Source: Eledone cirrhosa (Eukaryota). From it: 64,000 nucleotides of DNA. Position numbers and translations under genes: made by a program. Shown here one piece after another: positions 13,921 through 26,145 of this stretch. The DNA is taken from assembly GCA_964016885.1 (NCBI GenBank), contig OZ024740.1, positions 135,780,001 to 135,844,000 of the forward strand. The letters are read 5' to 3'. How positions within the stretch are numbered: the first letter of the stretch is position 1; each line of letters begins with the position of its first letter. The notes beneath the pieces are model-generated. The model searched no databases, was not told the DNA's origin, and saw only the letters and a list, made by a program, of their open reading frames with translations.

Positions 13921-15489
13921 ATGAAAGAATCAAAATAAGGAATTATAATACAGCCCCAAAACACTCATTTAAGTTCTTATAGTGAACTTAAATGAGAATG
14001 TTTGAAAGTTATCAAATACAGAGCACCAAGCTCACTGCAAGTACCAAACTTTATGTTTGCAAGCCCCTCTTCAGGTATGAATAAGTTCCCTTCAAAGGTA
14101 CAAGCCCAAGCAAGGTTTTTAGTGATGGGCCAGCAGTTGCTCATGCACACCTATCTCCCCTCTTTATGCCATCGATTTTGACGAAGGAAAAGACAAATGT
14201 TGATACAGTTTGGCACCAGAGATGCTGGAACCTCATAATTGTGAGCCCAACACTTCAACCACTAAGCTATATACCTTCACCAAACCTTACATTACATAAA
14301 AGCTATCTATAGACAAACAAGTAACCTGAAAAAAAATTCATAAATACATAGTGATAACCATTGTTTTTGTCTAAACAAACCGCTCAAACATAAATTACAA
14401 AACAAATCAAACCACAACAAAAACATTTCATGTAAAACAAAAACAAAAGAGCATATTTACAATATTACATCATCCTACAGAATATTCTAAACAGTTTTTA
14501 CTCCATATATAATATATATATATATATATACACGTCCAAACCCATGCAAGCGTGGAACATGGACGTTAAACGATGATGATGATGATGATGATACACATAT
14601 TATATATCAATAAATAAGTTGATCGATTTAACACTCAGCTATCCACATAACACATCTCGTGAACTTGTTAAGCATGTTGTGAGAAACTATAGTTTTCAGT
14701 TTTGTGTGGTAAAACATTTGTGTTTTAACTAGTAGTTCTTTACGAGACCTATTAAATAGCATTGAAGCAACACAGAAATTACATGCAGTTTACTTTCTGC
14801 TTTTATTTGTTTGACAATCCAGTGATGTATTATACCTATACTACAAGTTCTACACAATGTCAACAAAATATTTTACAATTACATTGATCTAAAAAACAAC
14901 AACAATAACCCTTCCTCCATTTTTTAAGTAAATAATAAAGAAATAAAACAATTAGAATACCCTCACCACCTTTTTACACCTCTAACATCTATGCTAAATA
15001 ATCTGAATTGGCAGCCATTTGAGCATAAGACAAAATACATGAATTCAAATCTTGTTGGGGGGGGGGGGGGGTCAACATTGCCTTTAATCTTTTCAAGGTT
15101 GATAAAATAAAGTTACTTCTCCAACCAATAGATTGGGGGGGGGGGGGGGATTATTAAAGCATTGGATGAAATGCCTTGAAGTGTTTGTTCCAGCTCTTAG
15201 CATTCTGAGTTCAAATTTTGCTGTAGCCTATCTGGGTGGTAAACTTAATTCGTTGCTCTGTTTAGCACCACCATCTGACCTTTAGGTGCTTTTAGTATAT
15301 CTACTCTGTTGCAAGCCTTCAGACTAGGTCTGTGGTTTGAGGATATCTTTCTCCCTCTCCAGAGACAGTCTCAGATGTCCTGAAGAGGACCTGGCAACTG
15401 CCATTCCCTCTCTGACTAAATAGTAAAACAAAATGAATAAATAAAACCTAATTATCCCTAAGGTAAGTGAAGTCTGGCAAATAAGTATC

Positions 15490-16090
15490 CAATCTTAGGC
15501 TGCGAAAAAATTACTTATTGGGGGTTCAATTGCTAATCCTTTTTACAGTAAGCCCCTTGTACCTCCACACACTTTGCCAAGTGATCCTTCTACTGTTCAA
15601 AAAAAGTCTCGAATGCTTCTTCCGGAATGGACCTCAGCTCTGCCATCACAGTCTACATGATACCCTCTCAACTCTTAAAGAAATCAAAAGAAGCCATGTC
15701 TGAAGAATAGTAAATTTGAAAAATATTTTTTCTTTGCTGCAATGAATGGATCAAAGTGTTGTTATGATGCAGCTGCCAGTTTTGTGAAGAATACAGATTG
15801 AGTTTCTAGCACTGAACTACATTTCAAAGTTGTCAGAGGACTTCCTGATAGTACTCCTGTGTAACTGTTTGTTCTTCTGGTGGGTATTATGTTATACAAT
15901 GCCTCATCATCATCGCTTAATGTCCATCTTCCATGCTAGCATGGGTTAGACGGTTTTGTTCCATTTGAAACAATCAACATCCCCTAGATTTTGTTCCACA
16001 CCTGATGTACTTTTGGGGGCCTTGGTGACGTTGGATGCTGTCATTGTGATTGATAATTGAGATTTGGATTCCTGATCATACGCATGACTA
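15490..16090 (-). mobile_element. Degenerate mariner transposase fragment, interrupted by an RTE tail at ~15903-15955
   Basis: Minus-strand remnants AYDQESKSQ, QTVTQEYYQEVL, WQLHHNN and PEEAFETFFEQ*KDHLAKCVEVQGAY. Confidence 0.75.
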
Positions 16091-16149
16091 TTAATTCATA
16101 CTCATGAAAATTAATTGGAAATCATGGGTAGTATCTTTCATTAGAAATA

Positions 16150-16269
16150 CAGGGTGTCCCCACCAAAAATGTATATACACTTTGATTATAATCAAAGTGT
16201 ATAATTATCTGTACAGGTAATATTTTTTAGAATGCTGTTGAAAAGTGTGTATATTTTTTGGGGACACTG
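16150..16269. mobile_element. Miniature Tc1/mariner-type MITE (120 bp)
   Basis: TA-CAGGGTGTCCCCA ... TGGGGACACTG-TA; internal 30-bp palindrome at 16174-16203. Confidence 0.75.
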
Positions 16270-19200
16270 TATATTAATAACAGAATTACATCCAACCCTC
16301 TTAAGAAGGAAAGAACAGGTGAGTTCATGTAGTCTTAAGTTATGGTCATAGGTGTAGTGCCTTTGATCATAGGTCTGTTTTGTCAGGATTAACCTGAGGC
16401 TAACAATAGCAACGTTACAATTAATACAATAACAACTCATAATCTGCGAGTAAGTAGTTCAACACCTTTACTCACTTGGCCCTTTTGTTTCTACAAAGTA
16501 AATATAATTACTCCATGCCACTCCACCAGAAACACATACCAACAGGAAACTTTGCAGAAATAACTAACCAATGCTATCATTAAACAAATGGTATTATCAA
16601 ATAGAGATGGAAAGGAATGCACAAAGCTAATCTTCAAATTTAATATTAAGAATTATGAAAACAGAATAAGAAAAAATATTTTAAACAGAAAATTCAATCT
16701 CTCTCCCATATATATATATATATATATTCAGGTTCAATGAGTAATTTAATTTTGTTATAACAAAGCAACATAAGATAACATGACTGGGTTAAAGAGAAGA
16801 GAATGAACTGAATCGATTCTTTTAATCTTAATTTATATGAAAAGTGAAGGGGCAAGGAAAGAGGTGGCAGATGATCAATTGTAAGTGACAGGGATGTTGA
16901 AATCAATCACAGCATGACAACAGCTGCAGTTGGAAGTGCATAGTTACAACAAACAAAAGGTAGAATGTATGTAAGCAAAACACAACGATTACAGCAGCAA
17001 CTACAACAACAAAAATACTGCAGAAGCTGAAGTGTTTTTATGTAGTTTTTAGTGAGGTTAAATCTCAAAGAATATAAATAAAGATTTAATCTTGATAAAT
17101 GATAAAGTATGAGATAGCAGACTGATGAATTGAAATAGACATAGCCTGAGAGGAAAACAAGACGAACTATTTTGAAACATCATGAATGAACATTTTTTTC
17201 AATTTTGACTCTTTTTTTTTTTTGTTTTTTTTTTTATTACCTTTTTAGAATATATTCTAAAATAATGGCAGAAATAAACTGTTTCTAAGGCCTAGCTAAA
17301 CATAAGAAACAATGTATCTATGTCTCTGATATACTGTTACCTAAACTAATCTTCAGCACCACAAACCTATGCACTATATATTTGGAACACTAATTAGATA
17401 TGAACTAAGATAATGAACATGATTTGAAGTCATTATAGTCATCGTTGCCACCACGACATATAGATACACAAAACATTCAATGAGCCTTTGATTTTCATTT
17501 ATTTATAAAGTCTGTTTTGTATTGTTATCAGATAGTAAAGTATCATCATCATTCTCCCCTTCCACATCCCCCACATCACCAGTTTAATATATGTGTTACA
17601 TGCAAGCTTAATTGCACTTAATAGCTGACTGATAAAGTGCAGGTACAAGTTATGAAACCAACATTATCAAAAACCAAGATATTACATTAGTGAATAAACC
17701 TCACCTAAATTTATATATAAATTTCTGAATTTCTTATAGAATATACATACATATATATTAATTTTAGCAAGCTTGGATCTGTGATTTAACAGTTTTATGA
17801 TCATTTTTACAGTAAAGGGACTTTTTATATAACTTAGTTAATGGGGGAAGGGTAGCAGCCATGATTTTTTTTAGATAATGATGAGTGGAAGAGAAGTTCA
17901 AACTGGATTCCTGGCCACAATGTTTGCAACAGAGTATACTCTTCTGAAGGCATGTTAGGGCTAGGTGTCAGTGTTCAACTGGGCAATGGATTAAATGTAC
18001 CATTGATTTCTCACTTTTGGTCTCCAGTCATCTCTAAATACATGTCACTTCATGGTGTCAAATATGGCTTAAACTTTGGGATTTTATTTTGAAAACTGAG
18101 TAAAAAAAAAAAAAAAATTAATGCCTTGTACTGTATGAAACCACATTAGACAGACATTCTTGAAAAGTACAAAACAGCATTATGATTACATCACATTAAA
18201 AATTGAAGTCTTTGTTTTTACTTTACTGCAAATTTTCAAAGATCTGTCCACCAATCAATACTCTAGAGGGTCGGATGCCATGCTTTCCAGCATAGTTACA
18301 TCCCTTTACAAATGATCTGTCCACTAGTAAAATGTACTATAAACATTTGAACTGACAAACCTGTTTTTAAAGATGTTTTGCTAAATCATTAATTTTAACT
18401 TTGAAGCAATGAAGAGAAAGCAAAGACATATTTCTAAAGAAGTGGAAAACCATCTGGTAGTTCACACTAAAACTTGGTCACTCTTTTAACAAACAAGAAA
18501 GTATAGTTCATGAATGGAGTGATTTACTCTAAACTATCAGCCTGAAAGAAAGAAAACATTTTAAATATGGTTTTTAACTATTTTGTTATCATGTGAAATC
18601 TACTGCTTATATGCTCAATTAATTTTGAAATAAAGTTGATGATACAGGTGATAGCTTGCTATCCCATGCTGGCCGGAAATGGTTTTAAACCTACTTCCAG
18701 CCAGTATGGTATAGCAAGCCACATCGGACACTGGAATAGTTCCCTTATTTTCCTTGCAAGAGATATTAATCTCGAAATATCAAGACATGAATAAATTAAG
18801 GTAAAAAAACAATCCCTGTTTCTAGCAATTTAATTATTTTCCATCCAAACCCGCATTGTCGTGGCTTTCAAACTTCAAATTCTTTATACCATATACAATT
18901 CCTCAAGTAAACTACAAATTCATCCCACACACACACATATATATATCAGGAAAATCAGATGTTAACTGATGATGATAATGATTATATATATATGTATAAA
19001 GTTTAAATAAAAAATAAAAAAATAGAAAATTTAAACTTCAAAGTTTGAAGTTTATCTTAGACTTATAATTTGTTATTTTATGTTTTTACCAAATAAAATG
19101 ATAAATTAAATGATAAATGATAAAATACACAGCACACTCTGTAAGCAAGATGAGGTCCCAGCCCATCTGAGAGATCAGTGGCTCTGATTAAGTAATGACT

Positions 19201-19384
19201 TGATCTACGATAACCCATCCAACCCTTGCTCACAGGGAACAGGCATTAAATGATGATGATGATGTATTTATCAAATAATGACAGCTAACAAAATACTGAA
19301 GTAACTTTCTTCCACGAGGCTCCAACACAAGATTGAGTCGTAAGGTTGATGTCATATGTCTTTTTCAGGTCCATGTGTCCATGT

Positions 19385-19385
19385 G

Positions 19386-19460
<75 letters not shown>

Positions 19461-19532
19461 AGAAAGAGAGAGAGAGAAAGAGAGAAAGAGAGAGAGAGAA
19501 AGAGAGAGAGAGAAAGAGAGAGAGAGAAAGAG
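19385..19532. repeat. (GA)n microsatellite
   Basis: About 148 bp of imperfect GA repeat; it explains the ER-repeat ORFs. Confidence 0.98.
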
Positions 19533-19874
19533 GTGAACCTCAGTTATTTATCGATTTTGATAGGGATGAAGGACAAAGTTACAAAGTTGACTGAGGCAGG
19601 ATTTGAACTCCGAGCAAACAAAACAGCTCTACCAATTTACTACCAGGTATGGATATAGTTGAGTAAAGAAGTACCAGTTGTGAAAACAGGCCTTGAAAGA
19701 ATATGACTAATCAAGAAATGGGCAGAATTGGTGAAAGCTGATCCCAGGATGTTGAACCTCAGAAAGTAGATGATAAAGGAAAGCAACAAGTTGTGAGAAA
19801 CTGTTTTGGAGAAGACATATGCAACCATGCAAAAATGATGATGAAGAAACTATCCCCAAAAGGATTATCAATGT

Positions 19875-20065
19875 AATAATTGTTTCTACTTTTGGTACAA
19901 GGCCAGCAATTATCGCAGTGCATTACTGGTACTTTATTTTATCGACCCCGTAAGGATGAAAGGCAAAGTTAACCTCGGCCTGATTTGAACTCAGATCATA
20001 AAGGGTCGTAACTCTTTGCTGCAAAGCATGGTGTCCGACCCTCTACTGATACTGCCAATCCACCC
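19875..20065 (-). mobile_element. SINE family A
   Basis: Reverse copy of 99-290. Confidence 0.9.
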
Positions 20066-20980
20066 GGAGACTCTAATGGACTATATTTTCACAACTATTT
20101 ATAATTAAAGACAATACATGAAGAAAAAATATGTCTTGAATTTGTTCTTGTTTAGTTTCAAGTCAGCCCTGATCAAAGGCATTCCAGCCATGGCAATCCA
20201 ATCTTTTTTTTTTCAAAATATAGTGTATCTAAGACTACATTATCTAACGTATACTGTAATTGTTGATAGAGTAGACCTATGGCAAATGACATTCCAACTG
20301 TGACCACCCAATGAATCCTTTCCTTACTTAAGACAGTGGAGTATAAACTGAGGTAGATTTGATTGCTACTTCTAGTAGGTAGTGCAATCACATAACAACC
20401 ACCTTCGTCAGTAGTGGCTATAATGTCATCTATATATTAATTTGAACAATGTCAGTATTCCGTGTGTCATAATTCTTGATTATCATTGGTTCATAGGTTT
20501 CAAACGGCTCCGCCCACTTCAACAATGCCAAACTTAAATTAATATGCATAATGCCAATGAGGGAGTGAGAGGGGAGAGAGAGGCAAAGTGAACGCTGCGT
20601 TTGGATACACAATGTATATGTGTCAGTGTAGAGACGTGTGTGTGTGTGGAAATAATAGGGGAAGGAAAGCAATAACTATTAACACGTGTGCGTGTGTATG
20701 TATGTGCGTGTATGTTTATGTGTGTGTGCATGCAGCATTCCACAGAAAGTAAAAACTATCAACATGTGTAAGTGTGTGCGTGCGTGTAAGTTTGCGTGCA
20801 TGTAAGTTTGCTTGCGTGTGTGCGTTTCCATGCATGTATGTGTGTGTACATGCGGCATCCCACAATCGCCACGCAGTTTATCTGTCTGTGTGCCTGTGTG
20901 TCAGTCTAACATACATAGAGTTGTGAAGGGAGTAAATAGGGACCTTTTTTTACATTGATGGACATCTTTTATATTAATTA

Positions 20981-21337
20981 TCTATATCTATATACATATA
21001 ATATAAAAGATTGGAACTTCCATCATCCTTTTGAGAAGCGTGGAACAACCACGTCTATGCAATGATACACGTTTTACAGTCAGGCAGAAGATGAACCATC
21101 TCCTAGAGGTCACTATTCTAGGTGGGAGCACCTAGAACTGTTCATATACTATGCACAAATGGTACAACGAAGAATCTGGTATATCTGGAAGATTTTTTTT
21201 ACTGTTTTTTGTATCATACAGACACCATTGACTCGCCTCATACTGTAACCAGACAAACATCCAATACAGTCATTTTCTCTTTTACCTGTCTTCTTTTATC
21301 ATCTGTTTACCCGGACGAAGCTGGGTACATCAGCTAG
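20981..21337 (+). mobile_element. Non-autonomous Helitron with Pif1-helicase remnants
   Basis: A|TC 5' end and CTAG|T 3' end; subterminal hairpin TACCCGG...CTGGGTA (21308-21327); translations KIGTSIILLRSVEQPRLCNDTRF (from 21007) and VGAPRTVHIL..NGTTKNLVY match the Helitron RepHel helicase C-terminus. Confidence 0.9.
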
Positions 21338-23270
21338 TTACTTATAAAGTAACTAATTTATGCTCTGGATAATGGTGACATTAAACCAATTCAACAGATT
21401 TATATATCTCCATATATGGAAAAGATTTTCCATCAAATAGGGGGACAATAATCATAAATTTCAAAATACAGTCATCAGAACATTATTACTGTGACAGCTC
21501 AGTAAATTCAAAATGATGATACAAAATGATATAAGATAAAATGATAATCAAACCTCCAATGCCTAAATAGTCTGAATAAGGAAGAACGATTCCCATTTTA
21601 GATCTAAATAAAGTCTTATTAGCCAAAATAAATAAAAATGGCATTTAACATAGTATAAATGTTGATATGAACTTACGCAGAAAAACAAGCTTGATTTAAC
21701 ATTTCTACATCTAATGCCAAATATACTTATTCTTTATCTCTGCGCTGAAGAATGTTTTCATAAACTGCCACAACTAACATCTTAAGCACTTACTGATGTT
21801 TCTACTAGATATCTAAATGTAGGATTCTCTACAATAACATCTTGTATGAAAACTGTAAAGAGATATTTCATGCCAAAGGTCATTCAACAACTTCTTGAGT
21901 GATCTTTGGCTGGCATAAAATCATATAGTTATGTAAAAGAAAAAAAACAACATAAGTATACAAAATTACATCAAGAAAGAATTTTATATAGAAACATATG
22001 CATTCTATAGAAAGAACCAACTGGAAATTAGATATGATTTTGTGAGCCCCCACCTCACCAGAAATTTATGGCTCACCTATGCAGGTTTCGCTGGCCTCTG
22101 ACAAGGTTTCTCATGAAGCTGCATTAGCAAGGCATTCTTGAAAAGCACAAAACAGCACCATAATGTTTACTGTGTAAACTGTCAACTAATAATGATACTA
22201 TAAACATTTGAATTAACAAACTCGTCTTTACATATTTTATAAATCATTACAGGATGTCAAAAGTTAATGATAAAGGCTCAAATCCTACAATGAAAAGCAA
22301 CATGAAATAAAGCATCTTGCTCAAGAATACATACATTGGCTGGTCCAGGAATCAAACTTATGATTCTATGGTCATGAGTCCAACACAATCATTAGGCCAT
22401 GCACTTTCACCTTATATGAATGATAAACATTTATCAATAAAAGGAAGTTATTTGATAGAGACTAACAGGCAAACATAATACTAGAAATTGGTTAGTTTTC
22501 CTAATTAAATGGTTTTATCTGTTTCTGTATGAAAGAAATTCAATTCTCATTGCAGAATTAACCCCGAACAACAAGAGAAAATTGAAATTGAAGACGAAAA
22601 TTACTATAATCAAAGTGTTAGTGAATAATCATTGATAGCTTGAAGGAATTGACCATATGTTGTTACTTTATATAGATTGATTTGGAGTTAATTGACGATA
22701 TTTTTAGTATACAAGTACCCAAGTTGAATAAAGCAGGAAGTATATGTGTAAAATAAACAATGTAGTATGTATGATCATGATCTTTAGATAGACTAGCAAT
22801 GGCTCAACATTTTCAGCTTTAATGAATAAACAAGAGAAATTTGATACAAAAGATGAAAGGTCATTTAAAATACTTTCATTGTTAACGAAAGGATGTCTGT
22901 ACAAAAGGCAGTTGTATAATGAATATATAGGACTCCATGTGATGTTGTGAGAGAGTGAAATATGAATGATGATGGCAGAAGGCCAGCAGAAAATCAACTA
23001 TAAACAAGGTTGATGACTATTGGCCTGTAGAAGAATGGTTGATATATGCTGAATGAAAAAAAAGTGACATGAGCTGGCAGTTGATAAGCTGCTGAGGAAG
23101 TAGATTGTCAAAGAAATGACAAATAAATACTCCTCTCTTGGATTTCCTTAACACACACACACACACACCATCTCAATTTTACTTTTGAAAAAGCATAAGA
23201 ACTGTGAAACCGGTAAAATAAATAAATAAATATTCTGAAAAAAACCCCAGTTCATTTTCGATTTCTTTCC

Positions 23271-23272
<2 letters not shown>

Positions 23273-23340
<68 letters not shown>
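23273..23340. repeat. (TA)n microsatellite
   Basis: Long TA run; others lie near 14505, 31795, 32017, 34398, 37482, 42067, 48091 and 63099. Confidence 0.97.
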
Positions 23341-23368
23341 GCTTTCTCGTGCTATCCTAAATTGAGTG

Positions 23369-23599
23369 CCTTTAACATTTACTTTACTCTATATATACTA
23401 TAATATACTATTATATTTATACTATTATATTTTCACAGTAAAGACTTTATCTCACATAATATAGAATCTATGAGATTTTGATATTATTTATTTTGAGAAC
23501 AATAACTTAACATCAGTATAAGTGTGACCAGTTGCTGCTGATTTGAACAGAAAAAGGTGAGAATTCTGGCTGAATATGGCCGGTTTAAATGTTAAAGGG
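23369..23599 (-). mobile_element. piggyBac-like MITE P2
   Basis: Ends AATGTTAAAGGG-TTAA; reverse match to 58214-58430. Confidence 0.8.
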
Positions 23600-24381
23600 T
23601 TAAACAAATCAAACATTTGCAGGAAATGTTGGAAATGGCTACCTTTACTTAATGCCAACCATCCAACAATGTTCAAGTGAGCCAACTCAGGTGAGTTAAC
23701 TCAGGAAGAAGAGTGATTAAGTAGAGAGGTGTAAAGAGTACTTGTTAACAAGTTCTAAATATACACCACAGTTGTTGGAATGTTGCCTGTGTAGATTCAC
23801 ACCTTCAGCTATTCAGAATTAATCAGATAACTACCAAATTAACTGAAAGACATGAATGTGCTTGAACAACTAGTTGTTTTATAAAATAGTTGGATGGATT
23901 GCAGCTCAAATACTACCAGAACTGACAATCATCATAATCCTTATCACCATCATTATTATATTCATGTTGACATGGGTTGGGCAGGACTTTTTGATATGCT
24001 GATACAGTGTACTGTGCCTATTCTAAAAGCTGGGTCATCTATCTATCTATCTCTCTGCTTGATACGTGGAACATTGCAGGTAAGATTTTTTGTAAATTTA
24101 TATACGAAAAACAAAACAAATTGCTTGAAAAAACATTATTTTGTAGATTAACCCCCAAGCTGAATTGTCAGCTGGGTGGTAATCCCATTTTTCGCCCCTT
24201 TAGGGGCGAAAATTTAATTTAAAAATTGTTTTAAAATATCAAATTTTGCAAACAATAAAACATGAATAACACGATGGGAACGTCAATAGAGAAAATAGAG
24301 AGAAAGAGGCAGATTTTAAAATTATATCTGCTTCTGCTACTATGGACGTCGCCATAGATACGACTCAACAAAGAGGAAAAA

Positions 24382-25782
24382 ATGTTACCAAACGAAAATT
24401 GTACAATTTTTACCGTCGAAGCAGAGAAAAATAACACTAACTCACATGAAAACACAGAAATTAAACCTATTAACATACATACACCTGAAAAAAACATCAA
24501 CAACTCCACAGATACATCTACACATAATGTTTCACCTCGTCAAGGAACTGAGATTTCCAACACCGAGGCTAACAACGATAACAACAACAACAACAACAGC
24601 AACACCACACAAAAAAAGAAAATGTCTTTCGCTGAAACAGTGAACAAAAAACAAGATTTTATAAATCTTGACATCTCCAATGCAAGAGATATGCTCCAGC
24701 AAGGGAGAACATTTATAACTTTCGAAGAGAAAGGTGGATTTAGAATTAACTCACCCCTTGAAATAAAGGAAGACACAGTTCGAAGATCAGTCACCTTTAG
24801 GACTGTGTCCAATTCCACGAGAAAGCCGATATATGTTAGTCAAGCAGATATAGAAGCTACTTTCAAAGAAATTCTAGCAAATATCGATTTTCACCAACGA
24901 GGAAAACAGTACGGAAGTGTTTCCGTACTGTTTAAAAGCAAGGCACTCGCCCAAAAATATTCTGTGACACCAATGGTGTCAAAAGCATTCACCTTTTTCC
25001 CTACATATATGGGAAAAAGGACACAAAAAATAAAAAATAAAAATATACCCCCAAACATTAACATTTGGTGGATCTTGGCTGGCTTCGTAGAGCCAGAAAC
25101 TGATATGATTCTTTCGATACGAAAGTCTATTCGACAAAGGTGGGCAGGTACTGATTTGGAGATTCTGTTGCAAATGAGGCCGGAGAGAATCTCCAAAATA
25201 CCCGAAAGAGTGGTCATCGATGATAACAACAAAATAAACATTTCGGTAGAAGGACGAAAATTTCATTGCTTTCGCTGTGGTAGCACAGCACACCTAAAAG
25301 CCTCTTGCCCTTCACAAACACACAACAACATCATTAAAAAAACACTATTACCAACACCAACACCAAAACAACCACCACCACAAGTACGACAGACGAAACG
25401 AGCAACCACACCAAAACAAACAGACACTCAAGCAACAACAACAGAAAAAACAGACAACACCCCTAAAGAACACAGCCCCACTCCATCCCACACTACCACA
25501 AACGCGGAAATACCACCACCACACAACATACCCCTATCCCACACACCTGACGATGATTATTCATTGACGGATGAAGCTGCTTCTCCTTCTTTAAGTGAAG
25601 AAGAGGGAGAGCCGCGGAAATCTAAAAAACAAAAAAAGAGACACCACAAAACCCCCAAAACCAACGACACAAACAACAACACCACAGTCAAACATTCCCC
25701 TATCAGCAAAACCAAAACCAACACCACCCCAAACACAAGCACCCACCATATAAAGACAACTCCCGGACGAACAACAAACTAA
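24382..25782 (+). CDS. Tx1-like ORF1 (gag-like nucleic-acid binding protein)
   Basis: 466 aa; SFAETV motif, RRM-like region, CCHC knuckle CFRCGSTAHLKASC, low-complexity T/P/K tail; 25838-26104 is probably its frameshifted C-terminus. Confidence 0.85.
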   Translation: MLPNENCTIFTVEAEKNNTNSHENTEIKPINIHTPEKNINNSTDTSTHNVSPRQGTEISNTEANNDNNNNNNSNTTQKKKMSFAETVNKKQDFINLDISNARDMLQQGRTFITFEEKGGFRINSPLEIKEDTVRRSVTFRTVSNSTRKPIYVSQADIEATFKEILANIDFHQRGKQYGSVSVLFKSKALAQKYSVTPMVSKAFTFFPTYMGKRTQKIKNKNIPPNINIWWILAGFVEPETDMILSIRKSIRQRWAGTDLEILLQMRPERISKIPERVVIDDNNKINISVEGRKFHCFRCGSTAHLKASCPSQTHNNIIKKTLLPTPTPKQPPPQVRQTKRATTPKQTDTQATTTEKTDNTPKEHSPTPSHTTTNAEIPPPHNIPLSHTPDDDYSLTDEAASPSLSEEEGEPRKSKKQKKRHHKTPKTNDTNNNTTVKHSPISKTKTNTTPNTSTHHIKTTPGRTTN

Positions 25783-26145
25783 AACAACACAATAAAAACA
25801 CAAACAATACGCATACATCAACACAAACAACAAGAATTTGATGGAGGTCATCTCCCAAAACCCTAAGGTGGAGACAGAGGGCAAAACTTTCGTCAAGGCA
25901 GAATCGTCTCCACACCTTAAACTTATAAGGGTTTCTATGGAAATCTATAATGACCTAAAAAATAAATTTTCACAGGACGTGGGCAACCCCTGCCAGAAAC
26001 CCATCAACCGCGTCCTGTTAAAATGTTTCCCCACCCTACCCAACACCCCATCCAGCACCCGAATGGTGATTGAACAACCCGATCTCCAGGAAACAAAAAG
26101 GTAAGTGCACCTTTCGCCTTTTTTCTCCAACTCTTCTTCACCAAC

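Noticed and set aside
14291-14325. 35-nt minus-strand micro-exon candidate
   Set aside because: Splice-like signals are common by chance in AT-rich DNA, and the peptide is unrecognised.
19346-19658. ER/RE-repeat ORFs
   Set aside because: Translations of a (GA)n microsatellite plus a SINE fragment.
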